This document shows, piece after piece, positions 19,424-29,124 of a DNA stretch of 64,000 nt (position 1 is its first letter; the number at the start of each line of letters is the position of its first letter). A model generated the notes under the pieces. That model saw only the letters and a program-made list of their open reading frames with translations, searched no databases and was not told the origin of the DNA. The translations under genes and the position numbers were made by a program. The DNA comes from an uncultured Flavonifractor sp. Its GTDB lineage: Bacteria; Bacillota; Clostridia; Oscillospirales; Oscillospiraceae. The DNA lies in contig CALWOL010000074.1 of assembly GCA_944383135.1 (NCBI GenBank), positions 5,483 through 69,482 of the forward strand, written 5' to 3'.

Positions 19424-19598
19424 CCGAATTCCTCCCGCCGCGGCCCCGCGGCCGCGATTTTACAATTGCTTTACTTATATTATAGCGGAACAGCGCGGTA
19501 AAGTACAAGCGCTGCCGAAAATTTTCCTTCATTGAAAAACCGGCGGAGACATTATATAATAGCCCTTGCGAGGAAAACAGAAAGGGAGGGAGCGGCCC

Positions 19599-20660
19599 TT
19601 GGAAGCCCTTGACCGCCTGCCGGTGCCGTTGATTACGTGGTATCGGGAAAACGCCAGGGTGCTGCCCTGGCGCAGTGACCCCACACCCTACCACGTGTGG
19701 GTCAGCGAAATCATGCTCCAGCAGACCAGGGTGGCGGCGGTGCTGGAGTACTACCGCCGCTTTCTGGAGGAGCTGCCCACCGTGACCCGGCTGGCGGAGG
19801 TGGAGGAGGACAGGCTGCTGAAGCTGTGGCAGGGGCTGGGCTACTACAACCGGGCCCGCAACCTGCAGAAGGCCGCCCGGCAGATTGTGGAGGAGCACGC
19901 TGGGGAATTTCCGGACACCTATGAGAAAATCCGCGCCCTCTGCGGGGTGGGAGACTACACCGCCGGAGCCATTGCCTCCATCGCCTTCGGTCTCCCGGTG
20001 CCGGCGGTGGACGGAAACGTGCTGCGGGTGGTGAGCCGCCTGACGGGAGACGAGCGGGACATCACCCGCCCCCAGACCAAAGCCGACATGGGGGAGGCCC
20101 TGAAGCGGGTTATGCCCGTGGAGGCGCCGGGAGACTTCAACCAGGCGCTGATGGAGCTGGGAGCCACCGTCTGCCTGCCCAACGGAGCGCCCCTGTGCCC
20201 CCGGTGTCCCGCCCGGGACTTCTGCGTGGCCCGCCGGACGGAGCGCACCGGGGAACTGCCGGTGAAGACGGCCAAAAAGGCGCGGCGGGTGGAGGAGCGC
20301 ATTGTGTTCCTCATTTTTTATCAAAACAAGGTGGCCCTGCGCCGGCGGGAGGAAAAGGGACTGCTGGCGGGGCTGTGGGAGTATCCCAACGAGCTCGCCC
20401 CCGCCCCCTGCCCGGTGGAGGCAAGACGGCTGGAGGACGGCCCGGCGGGGAAGCATATCTTTACCCACATTGAATGGCGGATGCGCTCCTTCCTTGTGGA
20501 GGCCCAAAGCGGAGCGCTGCCGGCGGGCTGGATATGGGCCGGCCGGGAAGAACTGGAGAAATACGCCGTGCCCAACGCGTTCCGGGCCTTCCGGAATGTG
20601 GTGGAGGGACGGCTGGGAGGAGAAGGTTTATGGCAAAGCTCTATTTTCGATATGGCGTGA
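19599..20660 (+). CDS. mutY: A/G-specific adenine glycosylase
   Basis: WVSEIMLQQT, WQGLGYY, VDGNVLRV, C-x6-C-x2-C-x5-C; TTG start after GGAGG. Confidence 0.95.
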   Translation: MEALDRLPVPLITWYRENARVLPWRSDPTPYHVWVSEIMLQQTRVAAVLEYYRRFLEELPTVTRLAEVEEDRLLKLWQGLGYYNRARNLQKAARQIVEEHAGEFPDTYEKIRALCGVGDYTAGAIASIAFGLPVPAVDGNVLRVVSRLTGDERDITRPQTKADMGEALKRVMPVEAPGDFNQALMELGATVCLPNGAPLCPRCPARDFCVARRTERTGELPVKTAKKARRVEERIVFLIFYQNKVALRRREEKGLLAGLWEYPNELAPAPCPVEARRLEDGPAGKHIFTHIEWRMRSFLVEAQSGALPAGWIWAGREELEKYAVPNAFRAFRNVVEGRLGGEGLWQSSIFDMA

Positions 20661-21199
20661 TGGGCTCCAGCAAGACGGCCAACGCCCTGATGGTGCGGTA
20701 CAATTACGAGGAGCGGGGACAGGACGCCCTGCTGGTGAAGCCCGCCATTGACCAGAGGGACGGGGCGCGGTTTGTGGCTTCCCGGGCGGGACTGAGCCAC
20801 CCCTGCATCTATTTCTCCGATCTGATGGAGATGACCCCCCGGCAGCTGAAGCCCTACGCCTGCATCATCGTGGACGAGGCCCAGTTCCTCAGCCGGGAGG
20901 AGGTGCGCTACCTCACCGATCTGGTGGACGACTGGAACATCCCGGTGATCTGCTACGGCCTGCGGGCGGACTTCAAGGGGGACCTGTTCCCCGGCTCGGC
21001 TGAGCTGCTGGCCACCGCCGACGTGATTGAAGAGGTCAAGACCATCTGCTGGTGCGGGAAAAAGGCCCTGTGCAACGCCCGGTTTGATGAGAACGGACAT
21101 GTGCTGAAGGAGGGCGAGCAGGTGGTGCTGGGCGCAAACGACCAGTACATCGGCCTGTGCCGCAAGCATTGGAAAGAGGGCAACCTGGGGCCCAAGTAA
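20630..21199 (+). CDS. tdk: Thymidine kinase
   Basis: MAKLYFRYGVMGSSKT, VDEAQFL, YGLRADF, Zn-binding cysteines. Confidence 0.95.
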   Translation: MAKLYFRYGVMGSSKTANALMVRYNYEERGQDALLVKPAIDQRDGARFVASRAGLSHPCIYFSDLMEMTPRQLKPYACIIVDEAQFLSREEVRYLTDLVDDWNIPVICYGLRADFKGDLFPGSAELLATADVIEEVKTICWCGKKALCNARFDENGHVLKEGEQVVLGANDQYIGLCRKHWKEGNLGPK

Positions 21200-21212
21200 G
21201 GAGCGATGAAGG

Positions 21213-22088
21213 ATGAGATGCAGCCTGTGCCCCAGACAGTGCGGGGCCCTGCGCACCGAAACGGAGGGCCATGGCCTGTGCCGGATGCCCGAGCTCCCGG
21301 TGGTGGCCAGGGCTGCCCTCCACCAGTGGGAGGAGCCTCCTGTCTCGGGGACAAGGGGTTCCGGCACCATATTTTTCTCCGGCTGCGCCCTGGGGTGCGT
21401 GTTCTGCCAGAATGAGCAGATCAGCCACCGGGATTTTGGGAAAGCCATTACCGTCTCCCGCCTGCGGGAGCTCTTTTTTGCGCTCATCGACCAGGGGGCC
21501 CACAACATCAACCTGGTCAACCCCACCCATTACGCCCACGCGGTGCGCCAGGCTCTGGCAGGGCCCCTGCCGGTGCCGGTGGTGTGGAACACCGGCGGCT
21601 ATGAGCGGGTGGAGACCCTGAGGGCCCTGGAGGGGAAGATACAGATTTACCTGCCCGACTATAAATACCACACCCCGGAGTACGCCGGGCGGTACTCCGG
21701 GGCGGAGGACTATCCGGAAAAGGCCCGGGCCGCCATTGTGGAGATGGTGCGGCAGACCGGGCCCTGCGTCTACGATGGGGAGGGTCTGCTGAAGCGGGGC
21801 GTTATCATCCGGCACCTGCTCCTCCCCGGCAGACTGGCGGAGGCCAAGCGGGTGATGGATTGGGTGCGGGAGCAGTTTGAACCGGGAGAGGTGCTCTTCT
21901 CCCTGATGAGCCAGTACATCCCCTGGGGCCGGGCGGCGGAATTCCCGGAGCTCAACCGGCGGGTGCGCCCCTCCGAGGCCAGAGCGGCGGAGGGGTATAT
22001 GGCGGATCTGGGGCTGGAGGGCTTCACCCAGGAGGCGGACGCCGCCCAGGCGGCATACATCCCGCCCTTTGACCTGACAGGCGTGTAG
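21213..22088 (+). CDS. Radical SAM protein, PflX-like
   Basis: CSLCPRQC, GSGTIFFSGCALGCVFCQN, IYLPDYKY, RHLLLPG. Confidence 0.85.
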   Translation: MRCSLCPRQCGALRTETEGHGLCRMPELPVVARAALHQWEEPPVSGTRGSGTIFFSGCALGCVFCQNEQISHRDFGKAITVSRLRELFFALIDQGAHNINLVNPTHYAHAVRQALAGPLPVPVVWNTGGYERVETLRALEGKIQIYLPDYKYHTPEYAGRYSGAEDYPEKARAAIVEMVRQTGPCVYDGEGLLKRGVIIRHLLLPGRLAEAKRVMDWVREQFEPGEVLFSLMSQYIPWGRAAEFPELNRRVRPSEARAAEGYMADLGLEGFTQEADAAQAAYIPPFDLTGV

Positions 22089-22089
22089 C

Positions 22090-22992
22090 TCAGGCCAGCA
22101 GGGCCGCCATATCCGCCGGAAGGGGAAGCTCCCAGCCCAGAGCCTCCCCCGTCACCGGATGGGAGAGAAAGAGCCGGGCGGAGTGGAGGGCGGTGCGGGA
22201 GATGAGGGCTTTATCCTCCCTGCCGTAGAGGAAATCCCCGGTGAGCGGGCAGCCCAGCCAGGCCATGTGGACCCGGATCTGGTGGGTGCGGCCGCTGTCC
22301 AGCTCCAGCTCCACCAGGCTGCGGCCGTTGGCGGTGTCCAGCACCCGGTACCGGGTGCGGGCCCACTGGCCCCCAGCCTCCACCCGCCGGGAGATGAGAG
22401 AGCCGGGCACCGGGCCGATGGGAGCGTCCACCGTCCCCCGGTCAGGGTGGGGGACCCCGTCGCACACCGCCAGATAAATGCGGCGGAAGGCGGGGGTGTG
22501 GAGCTGACGCTTCAGCCGCTCCTGGGCGTGGGGGTGCTTGGCCACCACCATCAGCCCCGAAGTGCCCCGGTCCAGCCGATGGACCAGGTGAAGGTCCGCC
22601 GGGACCCCGGTCTGGCGGTAGTACCAGGCGATGTGATTGCACAGGGTATCGTCATAGTGGCCGGGACCGGGATGGACGGCCAGGCCAGGGGCCTTGTTCA
22701 CCACCAGAATGTCCTGGTCCTCATAGACCAGATCCAGAGGACCGGGGGTGGGCACCATGTCATATTTGGGGTCAGGATCGGACACCAGCGCCGACAGCAC
22801 CTGACCCGCCGCCGCCCGCTGGCCGGTGATGGCCCGCACTCCGTCCAGCAGGATGCCGTCTTCCACCCACTTTATCCGGCGGATCACCGTGCCGGACAGG
22901 TGAAGCTCCCGCCGGAGCAAGGTGTCAATCTTTTCCCCGGCCTGTTCCGGCGATACCGTCAGAGTCAGACGGCGGGGCTGCTGCTGGGCCAT
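22090..22992 (-). CDS. RluA/RluD family pseudouridine synthase
   Basis: VVNKAPG, HRLDRGTSG, GRTHQIRVH; RBS GGAGG before the ATG at 22992. Confidence 0.93.
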   Translation of the reverse strand: MAQQQPRRLTLTVSPEQAGEKIDTLLRRELHLSGTVIRRIKWVEDGILLDGVRAITGQRAAAGQVLSALVSDPDPKYDMVPTPGPLDLVYEDQDILVVNKAPGLAVHPGPGHYDDTLCNHIAWYYRQTGVPADLHLVHRLDRGTSGLMVVAKHPHAQERLKRQLHTPAFRRIYLAVCDGVPHPDRGTVDAPIGPVPGSLISRRVEAGGQWARTRYRVLDTANGRSLVELELDSGRTHQIRVHMAWLGCPLTGDFLYGREDKALISRTALHSARLFLSHPVTGEALGWELPLPADMAALLA

Positions 22993-23124
22993 GGCGGAGC
23001 CTCCTCTCTTTTTTCCCAGTATACCATGGCATCCCGGCTTTTCAAAGAACGGTTTTTGTAGTATAATAATCCTAATACGATACGGGCCGCCTCCGGCCCC
23101 TTCCATCGGAATCGAGGTGCTCCT

Positions 23125-24333
23125 ATGGCGGAAAAACTGGGTATTTACGTCCATATCCCGTTCTGCCGCAGCAAATGTGATTACTGCGACTTTTACTCCC
23201 TGGCCGGGCGGGAGGACAGAATGGACGATTACCTCAAGGCTCTGGTGACCCACATCAAGGAGACCGGGGCGCTGACCAAAGGCAGTCAGGTGGATACGGT
23301 GTATTTCGGCGGCGGTACCCCCAGCTATTTTGGCGAGAAACGGCTGCGGGAGCTGCTGCGCACCATTACTAAGCGCTTTGATTTGGCCAAGGACGCGGAG
23401 ATTACCGTGGAGTGCAACCCGGACAGCGTGGATTTGAAAATGCTTCAGCTCCTGCGGAAGGCGGGGGCCAACCGGATTTCCCTGGGGGTCCAGTCTGCCA
23501 ACCCCTGCGAGCTGAGCAGCCTCCACCGCCCCCACGACTTTGAGCAGGTGAAGGCCGCGGTAGCCGCGGCGCGGGGAGCCAAATTCAAAAACCTCAGCCT
23601 GGATTTGATCTACGGACTGCCCGGGCAGGACATGGCGGGCTGGCAGAGCACGGTGGAGCAGGTGCTGGCCCTGGAGCCGGAGCACCTGAGCTGCTACGGA
23701 CTGAAGGTGGAGCCGGGCACCCCCCTGGACGACCGGGTCATCCGGGGCGAAAAGCTACCTGACGACGACCAGCAGGCCGACATGTACCTGTGGATGGTGG
23801 AGCGGCTGGCTCAGGCGGGTTACCGCCAGTATGAGATTTCCAACTTCGCAAAGGCGGGCTTCCAGTCCCGGCACAACCTGAAGTACTGGATGGGCAGGCC
23901 CTACCTGGGTTTTGGACCGGGAGCCCACTCCGACTTCGGCGGACGGCGCTACTCCTTTGTCCGGGATTTGGAGCGGTATATTGTAGGCGTGCTGGGCGGC
24001 GGCTCGGTCATTGACGAGTCCGAGCTCATTCCCCAGCGGGAGCGGGGCAGCGAATACCTGATGCTCCGGCTGCGCACCACCCGGGGGATTGAGGAATGGG
24101 AGTACCGGCGGGAGTTCTTTATGAACTTTGAGCCCATTGAGCAGAAGCTGGAGGAATATGAGCGCCAGGGCTGGGCCGAGCGCCATGACCGGCGGTGGAA
24201 CCTGACGGCCAAGGGCTTTCTGGTGTCCAACCAGCTCATCGGCGAGCTGCTGAGTGTTCAGGAGGAGGCCACCCTGGAAAAAACCCTGCCCCGCCTCAAG
24301 CAGGGCAGGCCGGAGCCGGAGCAGGGGAGCTGA
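23125..24333 (+). CDS. hemW: Radical SAM heme chaperone HemW
   Basis: YVHIPFCRSKCDYCDF, YFGGGTPS, YEISNF, HNLKYW. Confidence 0.9.
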   Translation: MAEKLGIYVHIPFCRSKCDYCDFYSLAGREDRMDDYLKALVTHIKETGALTKGSQVDTVYFGGGTPSYFGEKRLRELLRTITKRFDLAKDAEITVECNPDSVDLKMLQLLRKAGANRISLGVQSANPCELSSLHRPHDFEQVKAAVAAARGAKFKNLSLDLIYGLPGQDMAGWQSTVEQVLALEPEHLSCYGLKVEPGTPLDDRVIRGEKLPDDDQQADMYLWMVERLAQAGYRQYEISNFAKAGFQSRHNLKYWMGRPYLGFGPGAHSDFGGRRYSFVRDLERYIVGVLGGGSVIDESELIPQRERGSEYLMLRLRTTRGIEEWEYRREFFMNFEPIEQKLEEYERQGWAERHDRRWNLTAKGFLVSNQLIGELLSVQEEATLEKTLPRLKQGRPEPEQGS

Positions 24334-24461
24334 CCGCTTCCGCGGAACGGCAATTTTGACATTTCTGTGAAGCATGGCCCCCGCTTGTTTACAAGCGGGG
24401 GCTTTTGTGTTAACATAATACACAGTTTGAACTTTTTCGCATATAACTGAGGAGGAACGTG

Positions 24462-27400
24462 ATGAAAAAAATGGTTCGGCGGGGTGTGGCCCTGGGGCTG
24501 GCCCTGGTGATGACAGTGACGGCGGCGGCCGCCTCCAACGCCCTGGGATGGAATGTACATAAGAGCAGCGTGCCCATCTCCCAGGGGACGGCGCTGGGAA
24601 AAAATGTGTTCTGGAGCGATACCTACTCCGACTTGCGCACAGAATATTATGTCAGCTATACCCCCAATGAGAATGTGACGCCCACGGTGGCCTACGGCAG
24701 CAAGGTGCTCTCCAAAGCCACCCTCACCTCCATGGCCCAGACCCTGGAGAGTCAGGGCAAGCGGGTGGTCTCCGGCCTCAACGGCGACTGGTACGTGGTG
24801 GCCACCGGAGCCACTACCGGCCTGGTGGTCACCGACGGGGTGGTGCGGGCCACTCCCTATTATAAAAATCAATGGGCCATCGGCTTCCGCGAGGACGGCA
24901 GCGCCTTTATCGCCGAGACCGGTCTGACCACCACGGTGCATTTCGGCGGCCAGGACTATAAGCTCACCGGCGCCATCAACAAGGTCCGGCAGGTAAGCCA
25001 GAATGGCGTGGGAGGCCTGACCCTCCTTACCTCCGACTTTGCCGCCACCACCCAGAACACTCAGCCCGGTGTGGATGTGATGCTTGCGCCCGTGGATGAC
25101 GGCATGGAGGACACCGCTCTGGCTCCCACCATTGGCAAGACGGTGCGTTATACCGTGGAGCAGGTGCTGGAGTCCACAGGCGCCGTGGAGATTCCCGAGG
25201 GGAAGGCGGTGCTTACCATGAACGCCAGCGACGACGCCGCCATTCTGGCCGCCCTGCGGGCCCTCCAGCCGGGAGATGAGGTGACGCTTACCGTCACCGC
25301 CGAGGATCAGCGATGGAATACCGTCTCCCAGGCCCTGGGCGGTACCTATAAGATTGTGACCGACGGACAGGTGGTATCCGGCCTGGATAACTCCCGCACC
25401 GCTTACTCCGCCGTGGGCATCAAGGCAGACGGTACCGTGGTGTTCTATGCCATAGACGGCGGACAGCCCGGATACAGCGTGGGCGCTACCCTCAGCCAGG
25501 TGGCCCAGCGGCTGATTGAGCTGGGCTGCGTGGATGCCATCGGCATGGACGGCGGCGGCTCCACCACCATTGGGGCTACCTACCCGGACAAGAACGGGAT
25601 GCAGGTGGTGAACCGGCCCTCCGGCGGCAGTCAGCGGGCCAACAGTACCGCCATCTTCCTCACCACCACCCTCCAGCCCACCGGAGAGCTGGCGGGCTAT
25701 TACGTGACACCCAGCGACCAGATGCTCCTCTCCGGCGCCCAGGTGCAGCTGTCCGCCACGGGGCTGGATTCCGCCTGCTATACCATGGCCGGGGGACAGG
25801 TGAGCTGGTCGGTGACCAGCGGCGGCGGCTCGGTGGACAGCACCGGCCTCTATACCGCCGGGACGGAGAGCGGCTTCTCCCAGGTGACCGCCGGGGACGG
25901 GAGCCATACCGGCACCGCCTATCTGACCACGGTCAAGACCCCTGATTCCATTACCCTGTACAACGAGAGCACCGGCGCGGTGGTAAACGCCCTCAACCTG
26001 AACCCCGGACAGCAGGTGAATCTGACCGCCTCCGCCAGCTACCGGAAGATGAGCCTTACCGCCCAGGATACCTGCTTTACCTGGTCGGCCCAGGGAGCGG
26101 CGGGCACGGTGGATGAAAACGGCGTGTTTACCGCCGGCACCGCCAGCGGCAGCGGCACCCTCACCGTCTCGGCGGGAGGAAAGTCCGTATCCATTCCGGT
26201 GAGCGTGGCGGGACACATCAAGACCCTGGAGAGCTGTGAGGGGAGCCTGGACGCCTTTACCGGCACCGATACCCTCTCCGTCCAGGGAGAAACCGGGCTG
26301 GAGCACGTGCACAACGGCAGGCAGAGCATGAAGCTGAGCTATCAGGCGGGCGCCACCGGCGTGGCCGCCCTCACCGCAAATGTGACTATCCCAGACGGGG
26401 AGAGCTGGCTGGGCATGTGGGTGTACGGAGACGGTTCCGGCAATACCCTGATGGCTGCCGTCAGCGGTGAGACGGATACCCAGCTTCTCCTGACCGCCCT
26501 GGACTTCACCGGCTGGCAGCACATCCTGGTCCGGCTGCCGGAGGGCGCCAAAACCCTGACCGGACTGTCGGTGGTGTATGGCGGCGGCGAGGGGAAACAG
26601 AGCGGCACCATCTGGCTGGATCAGCTGATTACCGCCAATGAGCAGCTGGAGGACACCGAGGCTCCCACTGTGTCCGTCAAGGTCAGCGGAACCCAGCTCA
26701 CCGCGACGGTCAGCGACAATGTGGACAAGACCATTGCCCAGAGCAATGTGACCCTGAGCTATGACGGGGCCGGGCTGGCCTTTACCTGGCAGGAGAGCAC
26801 GGGCACCCTCACCGCCACGCTGCCCGCCGCAGACAGCAGCTACCACCGGGTTACCGTGACGGTGAGCGACGCTAGCGGCAACCTGGCCCGGGCCTCGGCG
26901 GACCTCTCCCCCGCCGCGGAGCGGACCTCCCCCTTTGGGGATATGACAGGCCACTGGGCCCAGCCCTACGCCACCTTCCTCTATGACCAGGGGATTTCCC
27001 AGGGCACCGGCGGGGCGGTACCCCAGTATCAGCCGGACCGGAACATTACCCGGGCGGAATTTTTTGCCATGGTGGCCCACTGGCTGAACGTGGATTTGAC
27101 CCAGTACAGCGGGGTGGAGCTGCCCTTCGCGGACCAGGACCAGATTCCCGACTGGGCCCTGGGCGAGATTAAGGCGGTATACAGCCTGGGCCTGCTCCAG
27201 GGCGCGGAGAGCGCCGGCGGCCTGCTGTGCAATCCCAATGCCACCATCACCCGGGCCGAGGCCATCACCCTGCTGGGCCGCACCCAGGCCAAGGGCTATG
27301 CCCAGGCGGAGCTGACCGCCTTTACCGACGCCGGACAGGTGGCGGACTGGGCGGCGGAGTATATCCGAATCCTGGTGGGACAGGGCGTGGTCAGCGGCAG

Positions 27401-27473
27401 CAACGGACAAATCCGCCCCACCGGCCTGCTCACCCGGGGCGAGGTGGCCAAGCTGCTCTACGCCATGCTGTAA
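24462..27473 (+). CDS. Secreted phosphodiester glycosidase (NAGPA-like) protein with Ig-like/CBM-like regions and three SLH domains
   Basis: Signal peptide; LNGDWY, SAVGIKADG, MDGGGST, VNRPS; C-terminal SLH (ITRAEF, ITRAEA, LTRGEV). Confidence 0.85.
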   Translation: MKKMVRRGVALGLALVMTVTAAAASNALGWNVHKSSVPISQGTALGKNVFWSDTYSDLRTEYYVSYTPNENVTPTVAYGSKVLSKATLTSMAQTLESQGKRVVSGLNGDWYVVATGATTGLVVTDGVVRATPYYKNQWAIGFREDGSAFIAETGLTTTVHFGGQDYKLTGAINKVRQVSQNGVGGLTLLTSDFAATTQNTQPGVDVMLAPVDDGMEDTALAPTIGKTVRYTVEQVLESTGAVEIPEGKAVLTMNASDDAAILAALRALQPGDEVTLTVTAEDQRWNTVSQALGGTYKIVTDGQVVSGLDNSRTAYSAVGIKADGTVVFYAIDGGQPGYSVGATLSQVAQRLIELGCVDAIGMDGGGSTTIGATYPDKNGMQVVNRPSGGSQRANSTAIFLTTTLQPTGELAGYYVTPSDQMLLSGAQVQLSATGLDSACYTMAGGQVSWSVTSGGGSVDSTGLYTAGTESGFSQVTAGDGSHTGTAYLTTVKTPDSITLYNESTGAVVNALNLNPGQQVNLTASASYRKMSLTAQDTCFTWSAQGAAGTVDENGVFTAGTASGSGTLTVSAGGKSVSIPVSVAGHIKTLESCEGSLDAFTGTDTLSVQGETGLEHVHNGRQSMKLSYQAGATGVAALTANVTIPDGESWLGMWVYGDGSGNTLMAAVSGETDTQLLLTALDFTGWQHILVRLPEGAKTLTGLSVVYGGGEGKQSGTIWLDQLITANEQLEDTEAPTVSVKVSGTQLTATVSDNVDKTIAQSNVTLSYDGAGLAFTWQESTGTLTATLPAADSSYHRVTVTVSDASGNLARASADLSPAAERTSPFGDMTGHWAQPYATFLYDQGISQGTGGAVPQYQPDRNITRAEFFAMVAHWLNVDLTQYSGVELPFADQDQIPDWALGEIKAVYSLGLLQGAESAGGLLCNPNATITRAEAITLLGRTQAKGYAQAELTAFTDAGQVADWAAEYIRILVGQGVVSGSNGQIRPTGLLTRGEVAKLLYAML

Positions 27474-27498
27474 CATCTGATTGGAAGGAGATTTGGTT

Positions 27499-27849
27499 AT
27501 GCTGGTTCTCTGTTACCCCAAATGCAGTACCTGCAAAAAGGCCCTGGCCTGGCTGGAGGAGAAAGGCATCTCCGTCCAGGTACGGGATATCAAGGAGCAG
27601 CGGCCCACGGCGGAGGAGCTCAGCCAATGGCTGCGGCTCAGCGGCCTGCCCCTGAAGCGGTTTTTTAATACCAGCGGGCTGCAGTACAAGGCCCTGGGGC
27701 TGAAGGACAGGCTGCCCGGCATGAGCCAGGAGGAGCAGCTGGAGCTGCTGGCCACCGACGGGATGCTGGTCAAGCGTCCCCTCCTGGTGGGAGAGGGCTT
27801 TGTGCTGGTGGGCTTCCGGGAGGCGGAATGGACGGAGAAGCTGGGATGA
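27499..27849 (+). CDS. ArsC/Spx family protein
   Basis: YPKCSTCKKA, FFNTSG, LVKRPLL. Confidence 0.9.
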   Translation: MLVLCYPKCSTCKKALAWLEEKGISVQVRDIKEQRPTAEELSQWLRLSGLPLKRFFNTSGLQYKALGLKDRLPGMSQEEQLELLATDGMLVKRPLLVGEGFVLVGFREAEWTEKLG

Positions 27850-28841
27850 GCGCCATGCTTTACCTGGAGAGTCCCAGCACAGACCCCTACTACAACCTGG
27901 CCCTGGAGCAGGTGATCTTCGATGGGCCGGGACAGAGCCGGACCTGCTGTATGCTGTGGCGGAACCACAACACCATTGTGGTGGGCAAGCACCAAAACAC
28001 CCTCCAGGAGGTCAATATGGCCTACGTCCGGGCCCACGACGTCCGGGTGGCCCGACGGCTGTCCGGAGGCGGCGCGGTGTACCACGATCTGGGGAATGTC
28101 AACTTTACCTTTATCGCCCCGCACCAGGGGGCGGAGATGGACTTTTCCGCCTTTTGCCGGCCGGTGGCGGAGGCCCTGGCCGGACTGGGGGTTACCGCAC
28201 AAATCAGCGGACGCAACGACATGACCATTGACGGAAAAAAATTTTCAGGTAACTCCCAGTATGTCAAGCATGGACGGGTGATGCACCACGGCACCATCCT
28301 CTACGATTCCGATTTGAGCGTGGTGGGCCAGGCCCTCCGGGTGCCGGAGGATAAGATCACCTCCAAGGGCCTGAAGTCGGTGCGGAGCCGGGTGACCAAT
28401 GTGCGGCCCTATGTGCGGGAAAACCTGCCCCCCGAGACCTTCCTGGAGCGGCTGCGCCAGGCCCTGTGGGACAAATATCCCATGGAGACGCTGGTGCTGA
28501 CCCGGGAACAGCGGGAGCAGGCGGAGCGGCTGCGGGAGACCCAGTACAGCACCTGGGATTGGAATTTCGGCGCTTCTCCCCCCTGCCAGGTGGTAAAAAA
28601 GCGGCGGATTGAGGGGTGCGGACAGCTGGAAATCCACATGGATGTGGAAAAGGGAGCCCTGAAAACCCTCCGCTTTTACGGAGACTATTTCAGCATGGAG
28701 GAGCCGGAGGAACTGGCCGGGCTGCTGCTGGGCTGCCCCCTGGAGGAGAGCGCCCTCCGCCGCCGGCTGGCGGGGACTGCTCTGGAGCGGTATTTCCGGG
28801 GGATGGAGGAGAAACAATTCCTGGATCTGCTGCTTCAATAA
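27846..28841 (+). CDS. lplA: Lipoate-protein ligase A
   Basis: DPYYNLALE, RRLSGGGAVYHDLGN, GRND...KFSG, HHGT. Confidence 0.92.
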   Translation: MSAMLYLESPSTDPYYNLALEQVIFDGPGQSRTCCMLWRNHNTIVVGKHQNTLQEVNMAYVRAHDVRVARRLSGGGAVYHDLGNVNFTFIAPHQGAEMDFSAFCRPVAEALAGLGVTAQISGRNDMTIDGKKFSGNSQYVKHGRVMHHGTILYDSDLSVVGQALRVPEDKITSKGLKSVRSRVTNVRPYVRENLPPETFLERLRQALWDKYPMETLVLTREQREQAERLRETQYSTWDWNFGASPPCQVVKKRRIEGCGQLEIHMDVEKGALKTLRFYGDYFSMEEPEELAGLLLGCPLEESALRRRLAGTALERYFRGMEEKQFLDLLLQ

Positions 28842-28964
28842 ACAAAATATGGACGGGAAAAGGCAGAGCCGCGGGAAACCGCGGCCCTGCCTTTGTGTAT
28901 AAAATCAACAAAAAACGGAGAGGCTGTAACCAGGGAAAGAGAAAAAGGGAGAAAGAAATTTTCT

Positions 28965-28992
28965 TTGATTTTACACGGATGTGTGCTATAAT
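28965..28992 (+). promoter_or_regulatory. sigmaA promoter upstream of murA
   Basis: TTGATT-N16-TATAAT with extended TG. Confidence 0.65.
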
Positions 28993-29124
28993 GTATGCGT
29001 ATAGAAGCGCACTTTATTTTCGTGTGCCTGTCTGTTTGTGTTTACCGGGCCGCCCTTTGGCCGGCCCTTGGATACCCCGGAGGGTGGAAGGGCCCTCCGG
29101 TGGAAGGAATAGAGGGTTGCTGCT

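Noticed and set aside
20630-20660. 31-bp mutY/tdk overlap as a possible frameshift
   Set aside because: Both proteins look complete; an ordinary operon overlap.
22993-23685. Long N-terminal extension of the RluA ORF in the ORF track
   Set aside because: It overlaps hemW on the opposite strand; the real start is ATG 22992 with a GGAGG RBS.
27499-27849. Arsenic resistance locus
   Set aside because: The ArsC/Spx-like proteins here and at 45495-45827 have no arsR/arsB/acr3 context.
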